A DNA stretch of 50,378 bases from IMG/VR virus record IMGVR_UViG_3300047550_006758, positions 1-50,378 of that record; one strand, 5' to 3'. Source of the stretch: a virus (lineage: Duplodnaviria > Caudoviricetes). Below the pieces are notes generated by a model. It did no database searches. It had not been told where the DNA came from and saw only the letters and a program-made list of their open reading frames with translations. Position numbers and translations under genes: made by a program. Below, one piece after another: positions 38,082-47,571 of the stretch. Numbering within the stretch: position 1 is the first letter of the stretch; each line of letters begins with the position of its first letter.

Positions 38082-38414
38082 ATGGATAATAGAGGGAAAA
38101 TTTCTACTTCAACAATAGCAGAAAAATTAAAACTAGCTCAAAAGGATATAAATATTTCGCATAACAAAGAGATAGATAGCTCTAGTAGTCCTATTTTGTT
38201 TGTAAACGGCAGGTTAGACAGAAAAAATTGTAATTATATACCTAAAAATTTTTCATTATTGGAATCAATTGAAAAAGAAGTAAAAAAATACTGCAAAGGA
38301 CTAGATTTAGCTGTACTAAATTATCTCATTTTTCGTGGAATAGAGTCAATTAAAAAAGAAGAAAAATTTTTAGCAATAGAATATTCTTCTATTGAAAATC
38401 AGTATAAGGACTAG
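38082..38414 (+). CDS. Putative centromere-binding partner of ParA
   Basis: Small gene downstream of parA; strand-helix-helix-like C-terminal half. Confidence 0.5.
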   Translation: MDNRGKISTSTIAEKLKLAQKDINISHNKEIDSSSSPILFVNGRLDRKNCNYIPKNFSLLESIEKEVKKYCKGLDLAVLNYLIFRGIESIKKEEKFLAIEYSSIENQYKD

Positions 38415-38907
38415 TATTAAGAACTAGAATAATAATTAATAATTTTTTAACTAATATGCAAAAAAAATCGTCTTATTTTAAGAGGCTTAGAAGTGGTAGA
38501 TCGGATGGTTATAGTATGATTTTATGTGAACGGGAAAAATGCTGTTTAAATCGCATTTATGGAGGTTTTTGTTGATTGGGTAGAAAATCTGTGTAATTTT
38601 AGTTAAACTTTCCTTAATGTTTTAATATTTTATTAATAAATTTTCGCTTTATTTTCCATAACCTAAGTTATGTATTCAAATTTATACCCTTTTTTCTTTA
38701 ATTAATTTTAGCGATTTTTAAAAATGGGAATTTAAGCTAAGTACTAAAAAAATGAACCCCGCAAAATAAAAACAGAGTTCACTTTTAGTTTTTTCTAGGT
38801 GTATCTTAATGAAAAAATGTATCAAACTAACTTAAGAGATAATCATAGATACATCCGCGATGATACCATACTATCCTAATCAGTCAACAGCTAAATCTTT
38901 ACAAAAA

Positions 38908-39054
38908 TTATAGCTTGTTTTTCAGTTTCGCTATTTCCTCTAAACTAAAACCAGTGACAGAAGCAATAAGTTTATCATCTATTTTCTGTTTTAACATATT
39001 AAGAGCTGTCTTCTCCAAAATAGAATGTGCATTTGTTTTAATATCATTACTCAT
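38908..39054 (-). CDS. 48-aa stand-alone Rpn C-terminal-domain (RpnS-like) protein, absent from the ORF track
   Basis: MSNDIKTNAHSILEKTALNMLKQKIDDKLIASVTGFSLEEIAKLKNKL aligns with the Rpn tail; starts 5 nt after the rpn stop. Confidence 0.7.
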   Translation of the reverse strand: MSNDIKTNAHSILEKTALNMLKQKIDDKLIASVTGFSLEEIAKLKNKL

Positions 39055-39059
39055 TGAAA

Positions 39060-39938
39060 TTATTTTAACTTTTCTATTTGCTTGATAGTTAAACCAGTAA
39101 TTTTAGCTATTTTTTCGATAACATCTCCATCTAAGAGCATAGCCTTGGCGATTTCCATAGCTTTTTTCTCTTCGCCTTTAGCCTCACCTCTAGCCTCACC
39201 CCTAGCCTCAGCAGAGATTATATAGTCACGACCTTTCATAGAATCCATGACGTAGCTATCATAAACCTCTCTTTCCTGATTGGTCATTTTTAATATACTT
39301 AAACGCTGTGCTACTTTCTGCATGTAAGGTGACTTAAAATCCTCTTTTACCTCAGAGTGCTTCATTAAATATAACCACTCATCGATTTCCTCTTTTATGA
39401 CATCATCAAATAAAGGAATTGAAACAATAAAATATTCAGGGAATATGTTGTGAGCATCAAATGTATGCATTCCCCTATCTATTAAGTGAACGTCTATTGG
39501 ATGTTTATGGTCTATCTCATGAAATATTACCTTACCGTGATGTAGTGGTGCTTTGGTATTTTCAAAAGGGAAGTATAGCAGATTGATATGGAATACCTTT
39601 TTAATTTGTAAGTAATCCTGATTTGCCCCGAGATTATCAACGATTAGCCTTGAGGTATTAAATACGGCTTTGTTCAGAAAAAGATCAGTATAAGCACGAT
39701 CGATCTCAACTATATAGTTATTACCTTGTTCGTCTTCAACTATAACATCGGCTATACTTCTTTTTAAATATCTACTTTCCTTATTGCTTTCGCCGTCAAG
39801 TAAGGCCTTTATCTTAACCGGTTTATATCCTTCTGAGGTAAGAAGGGCAGAGATAAACCCTTCGACTATTTCATAGTCGCCTTTATCTTTTAGTAGATAT
39901 TTGATAGCGTAGTCAAAGCTAATTAGCGGTTTTTCCAT
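39060..39938 (-). CDS. Rpn-family PD-(D/E)XK nuclease
   Basis: FDYAIKYLL, ADVIV...IVEID, EWLY, GEARGEAKGE repeats, IAKITGL tail. Confidence 0.9.
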   Translation of the reverse strand: MEKPLISFDYAIKYLLKDKGDYEIVEGFISALLTSEGYKPVKIKALLDGESNKESRYLKRSIADVIVEDEQGNNYIVEIDRAYTDLFLNKAVFNTSRLIVDNLGANQDYLQIKKVFHINLLYFPFENTKAPLHHGKVIFHEIDHKHPIDVHLIDRGMHTFDAHNIFPEYFIVSIPLFDDVIKEEIDEWLYLMKHSEVKEDFKSPYMQKVAQRLSILKMTNQEREVYDSYVMDSMKGRDYIISAEARGEARGEAKGEEKKAMEIAKAMLLDGDVIEKIAKITGLTIKQIEKLK

Positions 39939-39950
39939 ATCAGTAATAAT

Positions 39951-41231
39951 TTAAAGAGATAGCTTAACACCAACTAGAGCTACAGTGCCTTTTACCTTTC
40001 TTGCCTTTAAATTAGGATAGAACTCAGGTTTGCCTTTAAGGGTATAAGCATGGATTTCAGCATAAGGCTTTAATCCTGGTGCAAGTATGTGACTTACGGC
40101 TAGTTTTACTGAGTTTACTTTATTTTTAAACTGCTCTGAGGCAAAATACGATAATGAAGTTGTCGTAGCCTTATTATAGGTATAGGCAATACCGGCATTA
40201 TAGTATTGAGACTTACGGTTACCTTTATGCAATTCTTTTGTAGTTAAACTTTTACCGAAAGAGCTATAGCAGGCATTATACTTAAAATCACCTATTTTTA
40301 ATTCGCCGCCAATATTATAAGATTTTAAGTCACTTAATTTATATGCAAGTGGATTCTGATCGTCTTTATTAGCAAATTTTTTGATTTTACCTACTGATTT
40401 GCCGTATTCACCGGTTAGAGCCAGCTTTAATTCTGCTTCTTCCGTTAGTTTCTGCTCTAATACTATCCCACTAGTAATAGCATCTTTAACTGATCTATCA
40501 ATTTCAAACCTATCTATAGTAGGCTCTCCTACGGCATATTTTTTTATTCCGTCTGATTTATCTGATGGTTTCTCTACGCCGGTATTAGCAGAATCAGGAG
40601 TATAGGATATACCAAGCCTGATTTTACTAGTATCGGTTAAATCAAACTTAGGAGTATAATAATTTATTGTTCTTGGCGGTTCACTACTATAAGTGGCAGA
40701 ATCCATACTTGCAATTATTTGGTCACCAAGGAAAGACCCTTCAGAAGTCAAAAATGAGGGTACAGCTTTTTTGCTTTGTTTTAGGTAATCTATCCCAGTT
40801 TTGATGTATTTTGTCGGTATGGATCCATCACTTATCATCATATTCTTAGCAGCAGGAATAGGTGAACCGGCTTCAATTCGACCAAACTCATGTTCTAAAA
40901 ATACGTATGAGCCGTTATAGTCCTTGTTAACTTTTCTCTTAACTGTCGGTACTAATATAATCTTAGCGCCATAAGTAATGTCATCAGTGGTATTTGATAT
41001 GGCGGCAAATAGAGCCGTATCGTTATAAAAAGCAAAACCTCTTTTATTAGCTGATATATTCTTCTCTGAGCCTTTTAGTTTACCCTGATTGCTAAATCCA
41101 CTTTCAAAGGCAGCATATGCTCCAAGCTTTATATTTAAATCCGATACTACAGGCAATGGATCGCTGGCTAATGCCGTGCTACTTGCAAGTAAGCTTGCTA
41201 ATAAAACAACTGATGCTTTTTTTATTACCAT
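39951..41231 (-). CDS. Outer-membrane porin
   Basis: Signal peptide (…STALA), FGRIEAG, INYYTP, GISYTP, terminal amphipathic strand VGVKLSL. Confidence 0.85.
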   Translation of the reverse strand: MVIKKASVVLLASLLASSTALASDPLPVVSDLNIKLGAYAAFESGFSNQGKLKGSEKNISANKRGFAFYNDTALFAAISNTTDDITYGAKIILVPTVKRKVNKDYNGSYVFLEHEFGRIEAGSPIPAAKNMMISDGSIPTKYIKTGIDYLKQSKKAVPSFLTSEGSFLGDQIIASMDSATYSSEPPRTINYYTPKFDLTDTSKIRLGISYTPDSANTGVEKPSDKSDGIKKYAVGEPTIDRFEIDRSVKDAITSGIVLEQKLTEEAELKLALTGEYGKSVGKIKKFANKDDQNPLAYKLSDLKSYNIGGELKIGDFKYNACYSSFGKSLTTKELHKGNRKSQYYNAGIAYTYNKATTTSLSYFASEQFKNKVNSVKLAVSHILAPGLKPYAEIHAYTLKGKPEFYPNLKARKVKGTVALVGVKLSL

Positions 41232-41280
41232 ATTTTTCCTCTTATATTCATTACTCTTAATTTTCTAAAAATACACATGG

Positions 41281-41356
41281 ATTATAACATACAATCCCTT
41301 ACCTCTAAACTAAAAAAGTACGAGAAAATCAAGATTAAAAAGGAGTGTGTTATAAT
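41281..41356. promoter_or_regulatory. Divergent extended -10 promoters for porin and terL
   Basis: TGTTATAAT at 41281-41289 (minus) and 41348-41356 (plus). Confidence 0.5.
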
Positions 41357-41380
41357 TATTTTAAGTAAAGGAAATAGTTA

Positions 41381-43018
41381 ATGCACATGAGGCGCAAGTC
41401 CGATCATATAAAATTACCGCAAGTAATCCCGGCTTTAATGTCTACATTCGAGCAGAGTTACTTGGATGAATTATTTAAAGTACAAGAACAATTAGCAAAT
41501 AGCGAGGGTTCTTTATATGAATTCTTTAAATCGAGCTGGCCTTATATTGAAGGTAACATGCCATATATTGATAGCTGGCATATTAAGGCTATAGCTGAGC
41601 ATTTAGAGGCGGTTTATGTGCGCCAAATAAAGAAGCTTATTATTAATGTTCCGCCCCGCACGGGCAAGACCAATTTAATATCTGTAGCTTTTCCTGCCTG
41701 GGTATGGATACATAACCCTAGTGAGCGGTTCTTAACTGTATCCTGCGTGAATTCCTTAAGCCTTGAGCATGCACAGAAAAACAGAGCTTTACTCGAAAGT
41801 AGCTGGTATCAGGATAATTGGGGTTATAGATTCCCACTTCTTAAAGACCAGAACGTTAAGAGCTTTTTCCAGAATACCAAAACAGGATATAGGCAATCAA
41901 CAAGCGTAGTATCTAAAACTGTAGGTAAAGGCGGTTCAATTATTATCATTGATGACCCTAACGACCCAGGCGACTTATCTGAAGTAAAACGTGAGAACGT
42001 AATTAACTGGTGGACGCAAAGAATGTCTACCCGTTCAAATAACCCAGCTAATGACTGCCGAATAGTTGTTCAGCAAAGAACGCATGAGAACGATTTAACC
42101 GGTTATATCAGAAAGAATGACAGCGATGGTGATTGGGTAGAGTTGGTGCTACCCTTAGAGTTTGAAGAAAAGCGCAAGTGTATTACAGTTCCTCTTGGCA
42201 TAGATCAGATTATTTGGGAAGACCCCAGAAACAAAGAAGGAGAGGTACTAAGCGACTTACGCTTTGGCGAGAAGCAAGTAAATGAGTTAAAAAAGTTACT
42301 CGGCTCTTATGGATATGCTGGGCAGTGTCAGCAAAGACCATCTCCAATTGGCGGCGGAATAATCAAGAAAAAATGGTTTAAATTCTGGACTAGCCCGATT
42401 AAGCCTAAATTTGATTACATATTGCAAAGCTGGGACACGGCAATTTCCGATGAGCCTACAGCTGCGTATTCTGCTTGCAGCACTTGGGGAGTTTGGGGTG
42501 AAAAATCCGAGGATGAGCTATTTAGGATGATGCTACTTTCCGTTTGGCGTGATCGAGTAGGATATCCTGATCTTCGAGCTAGAGCCCAGCGCTTAGCGAA
42601 AGATTATAAAGATACAGGCGAGCATAAAAATCCAATGCCGGCTCAAAGAACTGTTGATATTTGCCTTATTGAGGCAAAGGCAACGGGTGATCCGTTAATT
42701 CGGGACTTAAGACTCGCTGGTATTCCGGCTATAGGCTACATGCCAAAAGGCGATAAGGGAGCAAGAGTCCAGAGAGCAGCGCCGTTTATTGAGTGCGGGC
42801 TTATTTATTTGCAGGCCGAAGAGAAAAACCCTGAAAGGCTAACCGTTACGGCCGAGGAGTTTTTAGAAACAGTGATAACTTTTCCAAACGGGGAATCAAA
42901 AGACCTGGTTGATTCGATGACACAGGCAATTTTGTACCTTAGAGACTTTGATACTTTAATTCATACAAGTGATGTTAAGGAAGATGAGATCGTTACTAAA
43001 CCTAGAAAATTATACTAA
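41381..43018 (+). CDS. terL: Terminase large subunit
   Basis: INVPPRTGKT Walker A, IIIIDDP Walker B, QQR.HE.DL, QQRP, QSWDTA, DLVDSMTQA nuclease motifs. Confidence 0.95.
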   Translation: MHMRRKSDHIKLPQVIPALMSTFEQSYLDELFKVQEQLANSEGSLYEFFKSSWPYIEGNMPYIDSWHIKAIAEHLEAVYVRQIKKLIINVPPRTGKTNLISVAFPAWVWIHNPSERFLTVSCVNSLSLEHAQKNRALLESSWYQDNWGYRFPLLKDQNVKSFFQNTKTGYRQSTSVVSKTVGKGGSIIIIDDPNDPGDLSEVKRENVINWWTQRMSTRSNNPANDCRIVVQQRTHENDLTGYIRKNDSDGDWVELVLPLEFEEKRKCITVPLGIDQIIWEDPRNKEGEVLSDLRFGEKQVNELKKLLGSYGYAGQCQQRPSPIGGGIIKKKWFKFWTSPIKPKFDYILQSWDTAISDEPTAAYSACSTWGVWGEKSEDELFRMMLLSVWRDRVGYPDLRARAQRLAKDYKDTGEHKNPMPAQRTVDICLIEAKATGDPLIRDLRLAGIPAIGYMPKGDKGARVQRAAPFIECGLIYLQAEEKNPERLTVTAEEFLETVITFPNGESKDLVDSMTQAILYLRDFDTLIHTSDVKEDEIVTKPRKLY

Positions 43019-45318
43019 TGGCAACAAGAAGGAAGCAAAAAGGAAAGACTAATCTTGATTTATCGGTGCTAGAGAATTTAGAGCCTGAATCTCTAAATCT
43101 TACTCAAGAAATGCCGATAGAAGAACAAATCCTGCTACAGGAAACAGGTAGTTTAGATGAACCGGTTTTACCGGAAGAAGAAGCACTTATTTCCCTAGAA
43201 GATCAAATCTTATCACGTATAGATAACGAAGCGGAAGAATTAGCACCTTCCCCTACTACCTTTAATAGTAATTTTGCAGATGATATACCGGAAAGCGTCA
43301 GAGATAAAATCGCTGCCTACTTAGAAGAGGTAACGGTAAAAGATACAAAAAACCGTGCGCCCTGGCTTGATATAATTGAAAAAGCTAAAACCTTACTTGG
43401 CTTTAAAATTGAGGAAATACAAGAGCCGGGTAATGTAAATACGCGTAAATCTAATGCAATCGGTAATGCCGCACAAGTTAAAACTTACGATACTACCTTC
43501 TCAAGCAGTGTCTTGAGATTATGGGCAACGCTTCGCTCCGAGTTACTCCCCTCAACCGGTCCTGTAGGATTTAGGACTGATGTTAGTGTGAGCGAAGATT
43601 ACGAATTAAAAGGTGAGATGGTCAGGGATGCTTTAAATGAGTACTTAACAGTAGAAGATAAGGGCTTTTATCCAGACTACGATCGGTTCTTGTTATATTT
43701 GATTTTATATGGGTGTGTATTTAGGAAAATCTACTACGACCCGATTACAGGTAAGCCATTGAGCCGGTTTATCATGCCAGAGGACTTTTTATTTGATAAT
43801 AACTGCTCAAGTATTACCGAATCAAATCGCCTGACTCATATTAGATACCTCTCTAAAAGAGAAATACTTTTTAACATGCAGAGCGGGATATTCTCAAAAG
43901 TTGATCTTGATTACCTAGATAGCGTAGGAAGCAGCGATGGGGAAGAAGCAACAGACGACTCTAAAGCAAAACAAGTAGACCCCACAAATTCCCGTTTTCC
44001 TTTTTATGAGACGCACGAATATCTGGTTTTGAATGATTTTTTTGACAATAACAATGCATCTGAAGACTATAGTATCCCACTACCTTACGTTATTACCAGA
44101 TGCGGCAACAGTAATCAGATCGTATCACTTACGCCAAACTGGGATGAAAATGATCCAACCAAAACAAGGATTAACTGCTTTATTCATTATAATTTATTTC
44201 CTGGGTTTGATGTTTTTGGACTGGGGCTTGCTCAAATACTTGGCTCTAATTCAAAGAGCTTAACTTCAATGCAGCAAATGGCGATTGACGCGGCTATTTT
44301 CCAGAATTTCCCGGGAGGGATGAAGGCTAAGGGAATAAAAACTACTAATAATGATTTGAATATATTACCCGGTCAATTCGTAACTGTTGAAACAGGGAAT
44401 TTGTCGCTTCGTGATTCAATCATGCCACTTCCTTATAATGGACCATCGCCAGCTTTACTTGAATATATTAACCGGATAACTGCCCAGACACAGGAATTAG
44501 CGTCCGCAACAGAGATGGGACTCACTGAAAATAATCAGAATACGCCTGTCGGTACTACGATTGCGTTGCTTGAAGTATCCAATCGGATGCAATCGGCAAT
44601 AATGAGAACAGTCCATAGTAGCTTTAGCCAGGAGTTGCAGCTCTTTTATAAAATGTTCAACCTGCCATCACTACCTCTAGACAAAGAGAGTTTAAAAGTA
44701 ATCCCTGTATCTGATCCATCGGTTGAATCTTCTACGCAGAGAATAATCAAGGCAGAGAGTATTTTAAAGTTAGCTAGCAGTAGCCCTGAGCTACATAACA
44801 TGCGAGAAGTATATTTAAAAGTATATCAAGCCCTAGGGATTAAGGACATTGATAAGATATTGTTACCTGAAGCAGCACCGGAGCAGCAACAGGAGCAACC
44901 AATAGACCCAGCCCTACAGGTTCAGATTGCTGACATTGAGCAACGAAAACTTGAAGTAGAGTCAAAAGAACGGCTAGCTCATTTAAATATTGAAGCTGAC
45001 GGCTACAAAACTCAGATGAATATTGAACTTGATAAGGAAAAACTAGAACAAGAGAAGTATTTAGCTGAGTTAAAAGTATCAGAACAACAACAACTTGCTG
45101 AGCAGAAATATCAAATTGAACTTTTAAAACTCCAGTTAAACGAGAAGGAAAAAGTAATAGATATACTAACCAAAGAGCAGGAAATAAACAGTAAAAACGA
45201 GCTTGAATTACTACGGCTTGAGTATAAAGCAAAAGAAGCTGAGTTAAAGGCACAAGTAGAAGCTCTAAGATCAGAAATTTCATCCATACCAAAAAAAGAG
45301 GAGGTAATTTATGGATAG
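43018..45318 (+). CDS. Phage portal protein (full length)
   Basis: Directly follows terL; 766 aa; GCVFRKIYYD, PVGTTIALLE, coiled-coil tail. Confidence 0.88.
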   Translation: MATRRKQKGKTNLDLSVLENLEPESLNLTQEMPIEEQILLQETGSLDEPVLPEEEALISLEDQILSRIDNEAEELAPSPTTFNSNFADDIPESVRDKIAAYLEEVTVKDTKNRAPWLDIIEKAKTLLGFKIEEIQEPGNVNTRKSNAIGNAAQVKTYDTTFSSSVLRLWATLRSELLPSTGPVGFRTDVSVSEDYELKGEMVRDALNEYLTVEDKGFYPDYDRFLLYLILYGCVFRKIYYDPITGKPLSRFIMPEDFLFDNNCSSITESNRLTHIRYLSKREILFNMQSGIFSKVDLDYLDSVGSSDGEEATDDSKAKQVDPTNSRFPFYETHEYLVLNDFFDNNNASEDYSIPLPYVITRCGNSNQIVSLTPNWDENDPTKTRINCFIHYNLFPGFDVFGLGLAQILGSNSKSLTSMQQMAIDAAIFQNFPGGMKAKGIKTTNNDLNILPGQFVTVETGNLSLRDSIMPLPYNGPSPALLEYINRITAQTQELASATEMGLTENNQNTPVGTTIALLEVSNRMQSAIMRTVHSSFSQELQLFYKMFNLPSLPLDKESLKVIPVSDPSVESSTQRIIKAESILKLASSSPELHNMREVYLKVYQALGIKDIDKILLPEAAPEQQQEQPIDPALQVQIADIEQRKLEVESKERLAHLNIEADGYKTQMNIELDKEKLEQEKYLAELKVSEQQQLAEQKYQIELLKLQLNEKEKVIDILTKEQEINSKNELELLRLEYKAKEAELKAQVEALRSEISSIPKKEEVIYG

Positions 45319-45484
45319 GCAAAAAAGAGAGTTAGCTACTCGCCAAATGCAGGAAAGGGTTAAAGAACGAAGCGAAAGCTGCAATAAATATGCTGCCGGT
45401 GGCGCTGCTAAGATTAGAAAAGATGTAGCTACAAAAAGTGGAGCGGCAGTGAAACCTAGAAATATGGGGAGGAGCAGTAAATGA
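45311..45484 (+). CDS. 57-aa basic protein, copy B
   Basis: Same length and frame as 1638-1811. Confidence 0.8.
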   Translation: MDRQKRELATRQMQERVKERSESCNKYAAGGAAKIRKDVATKSGAAVKPRNMGRSSK

Positions 45485-45705
45485 TTGGCGTGAACCGAAA
45501 TAACATTTATAGCCGAGGTTCTTTTACTTCGGGTTTTATAGGAAATATTGAGGCTGAGATTGATAGATACAGGCGTATTTTAAGTAATCCGGCATCAATT
45601 TCTACGCTAGAGGATTACAAATATCACGTGGGATTAATTGAAGGACTTGAGAGCTCCCTTGAACTCTTTAACAGGCACATAATAGAGGTAAATAACAATG
45701 ATTAA
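45481..45705 (+). CDS. Conserved small phage protein, copy B
   Basis: Paralog of 1808-2032. Confidence 0.75.
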   Translation: MIGVNRNNIYSRGSFTSGFIGNIEAEIDRYRRILSNPASISTLEDYKYHVGLIEGLESSLELFNRHIIEVNNND

Positions 45706-46126
45706 CCATGAAATAGCCAATTACAAGGCAGAAGATTTTAAAACTTTGGGAATTGATCTATCAATTTTTGATAAGAAAGCAATGATTGAAAGATTTCGGG
45801 AAGTATCGGTTACCGGAATTAATGTATTAATTCTTATTTACAAACCTCCGCTAGAGGAGGTTACAAGAGGAGGAATTATAAAACCACCGAGCGCCGTCCA
45901 AGATGATTTAGAATATAACTCAATGGTCGGGATGGTATTAAAGCTTGGCCCCGATAGTTATAAGGGCGATCAGTTTCCAAGCGGCCCTTACGTCAAAGCT
46001 GGAGACTGGGTTATATTCCCCCGTGGTTCATCGTTGCAGTCAAAATACGAGGGTGAGCCGATAATTATGGTAGAGGATTTTAAAATCAAACTGCTAGTCG
46101 ATAATCCATCAAAAGTATCAAGGTAA
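45698..46126 (+). CDS. GroES-like co-chaperonin, copy B
   Basis: Paralog of 2025-2453. Confidence 0.88.
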   Translation: MINHEIANYKAEDFKTLGIDLSIFDKKAMIERFREVSVTGINVLILIYKPPLEEVTRGGIIKPPSAVQDDLEYNSMVGMVLKLGPDSYKGDQFPSGPYVKAGDWVIFPRGSSLQSKYEGEPIIMVEDFKIKLLVDNPSKVSR

Positions 46127-46130
46127 GAAT

Positions 46131-47117
46131 ATGTTTAAAATAGATATTGAAAATACAAGCGACTTAAACGCTCCTATTCCACCTTTAAAAGAAGCAACTG
46201 AAAATAAAGATTCAAAGGAAGAAGCCAGCGAGGTAGAAGTAAGAACTAAAGACTTGGAGCAAGGGTCGCAGGGCTTAGAAGGCGAGGATGATAAAACCGA
46301 TATTTCCGCAGATGTTTCCGAAAAAGAAGAAAAACCTGCTAAAACCTCTACGCCTGACAAAGATAAGGAAAAATACTGGTCTAAATTAAAAAAAGAACGG
46401 GAAGAAAAAGCAAAGCTTGCCGAGCAATTAGAGCAGTTACAGCAAGAAAAACTGCAAATGGAACAGATGCTCAGCCAAGCAATTAATACCGGTTCTACCC
46501 ATTATAAGAACAATGTTGCCAGTGAACTTGAAATGGCTCAGGCACGGCTTCAATTAGCACTGGAAAACGGAGATGCTGCTGGAGTTAGCAGAGCTACTGC
46601 TGAGATTTCAAAGGCAACCCATGCCTTGAATGAGGCATCTAGAATCGCTAGTTTTCCTAAAGAAGAATACTCACAAGAGCATCTAAATCAGATTAGGGCA
46701 AGGGAATATGAAGATAGGTTATATAGCTGGCTTGAGAGTAATCCTGAAGTAGATAGGAACGCCCCTGAGTATGATGAGAAGCTAACGGCGTCAGTATTAT
46801 CCTTTATTAAAAAGCTGGATCGTAAATACCAGACCGGAGGAAAGGAACATCTAATAGGCGGAAGCGGTTATTACGGCATGATTGATGAGTATATTGATAA
46901 TTTAAAAATGCAGGATACTTCCTCAGCCATGATTCCCGCCAAACATTTTGGAGCAGTTCGCAGTCGCGCTCCACGAGAATCAATACCTGATCCAAAAACA
47001 AGGGAATTAAGCGAGAGAGAGAAAAAGGCAGCTCTTGCTTTTGGTATGTCTTACGAGAGGTATCTCGAGCTTCTAGATAAACGTAACAAAGAAATGAGGT
47101 CAAAAAATGGCAATTAA
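46131..47117 (+). CDS. Putative scaffolding protein, copy B
   Basis: Paralog of 2458-3444. Confidence 0.65.
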   Translation: MFKIDIENTSDLNAPIPPLKEATENKDSKEEASEVEVRTKDLEQGSQGLEGEDDKTDISADVSEKEEKPAKTSTPDKDKEKYWSKLKKEREEKAKLAEQLEQLQQEKLQMEQMLSQAINTGSTHYKNNVASELEMAQARLQLALENGDAAGVSRATAEISKATHALNEASRIASFPKEEYSQEHLNQIRAREYEDRLYSWLESNPEVDRNAPEYDEKLTASVLSFIKKLDRKYQTGGKEHLIGGSGYYGMIDEYIDNLKMQDTSSAMIPAKHFGAVRSRAPRESIPDPKTRELSEREKKAALAFGMSYERYLELLDKRNKEMRSKNGN

Positions 47118-47562
47118 ATATAAACAAGACAAAAATAATGAGTTTAAATCCATAGATAGAGATATCAGGGAGCATGAACTTGAAAACAATGATTTTGATT
47201 TAATGCTCACCGATTCAACATGTCCTTTCAAGTCTCTTATTGATGAGATAAAGGAGCCGGGTGAGGAATATTACTTTGCTTATAATAATCCTGAGCGCAT
47301 TAACAGATTACTGGCAAAGAAGTGGTATATCGTATCTCCTGATAGGCTTAAAAACAAACGTACTTATAGAGGAAATTTAAGAGAGGAAAACGACTGCATT
47401 ACTACTGGCGATACAATCCTTTTAGCTCGTGATGAACGTTACGGGCTTAAAGAGCAGCAATATTATGAACAAAAAGCCGTAAGGGTCATGCGGGATACGC
47501 TGCAAAAAGTACAGACCGATATCTACAATCCGGTCATGCCGTTTTCTGATAGAGCAATGTAG
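47107..47562 (+). CDS. Conserved head-module protein, copy B
   Basis: Paralog of 3434-3889. Confidence 0.7.
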   Translation: MAIKYKQDKNNEFKSIDRDIREHELENNDFDLMLTDSTCPFKSLIDEIKEPGEEYYFAYNNPERINRLLAKKWYIVSPDRLKNKRTYRGNLREENDCITTGDTILLARDERYGLKEQQYYEQKAVRVMRDTLQKVQTDIYNPVMPFSDRAM

Positions 47563-47571
47563 AAGAATATC

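Larger units (their letters stand above)
1..43676. mobile_element. One full unit of a podovirus-type prophage / phage-plasmid (circularly permuted, starting mid-portal)
   Basis: Head, tail, ejection, recombination, replication, partition and terminase genes present; the sequence at 1 recurs at 43677 (offset 43676). Confidence 0.9.

Noticed and set aside
39170-39210. 12-bp tandem repeat
   Set aside because: Ordinary GEAR/GEAK coding repeats typical of Rpn proteins
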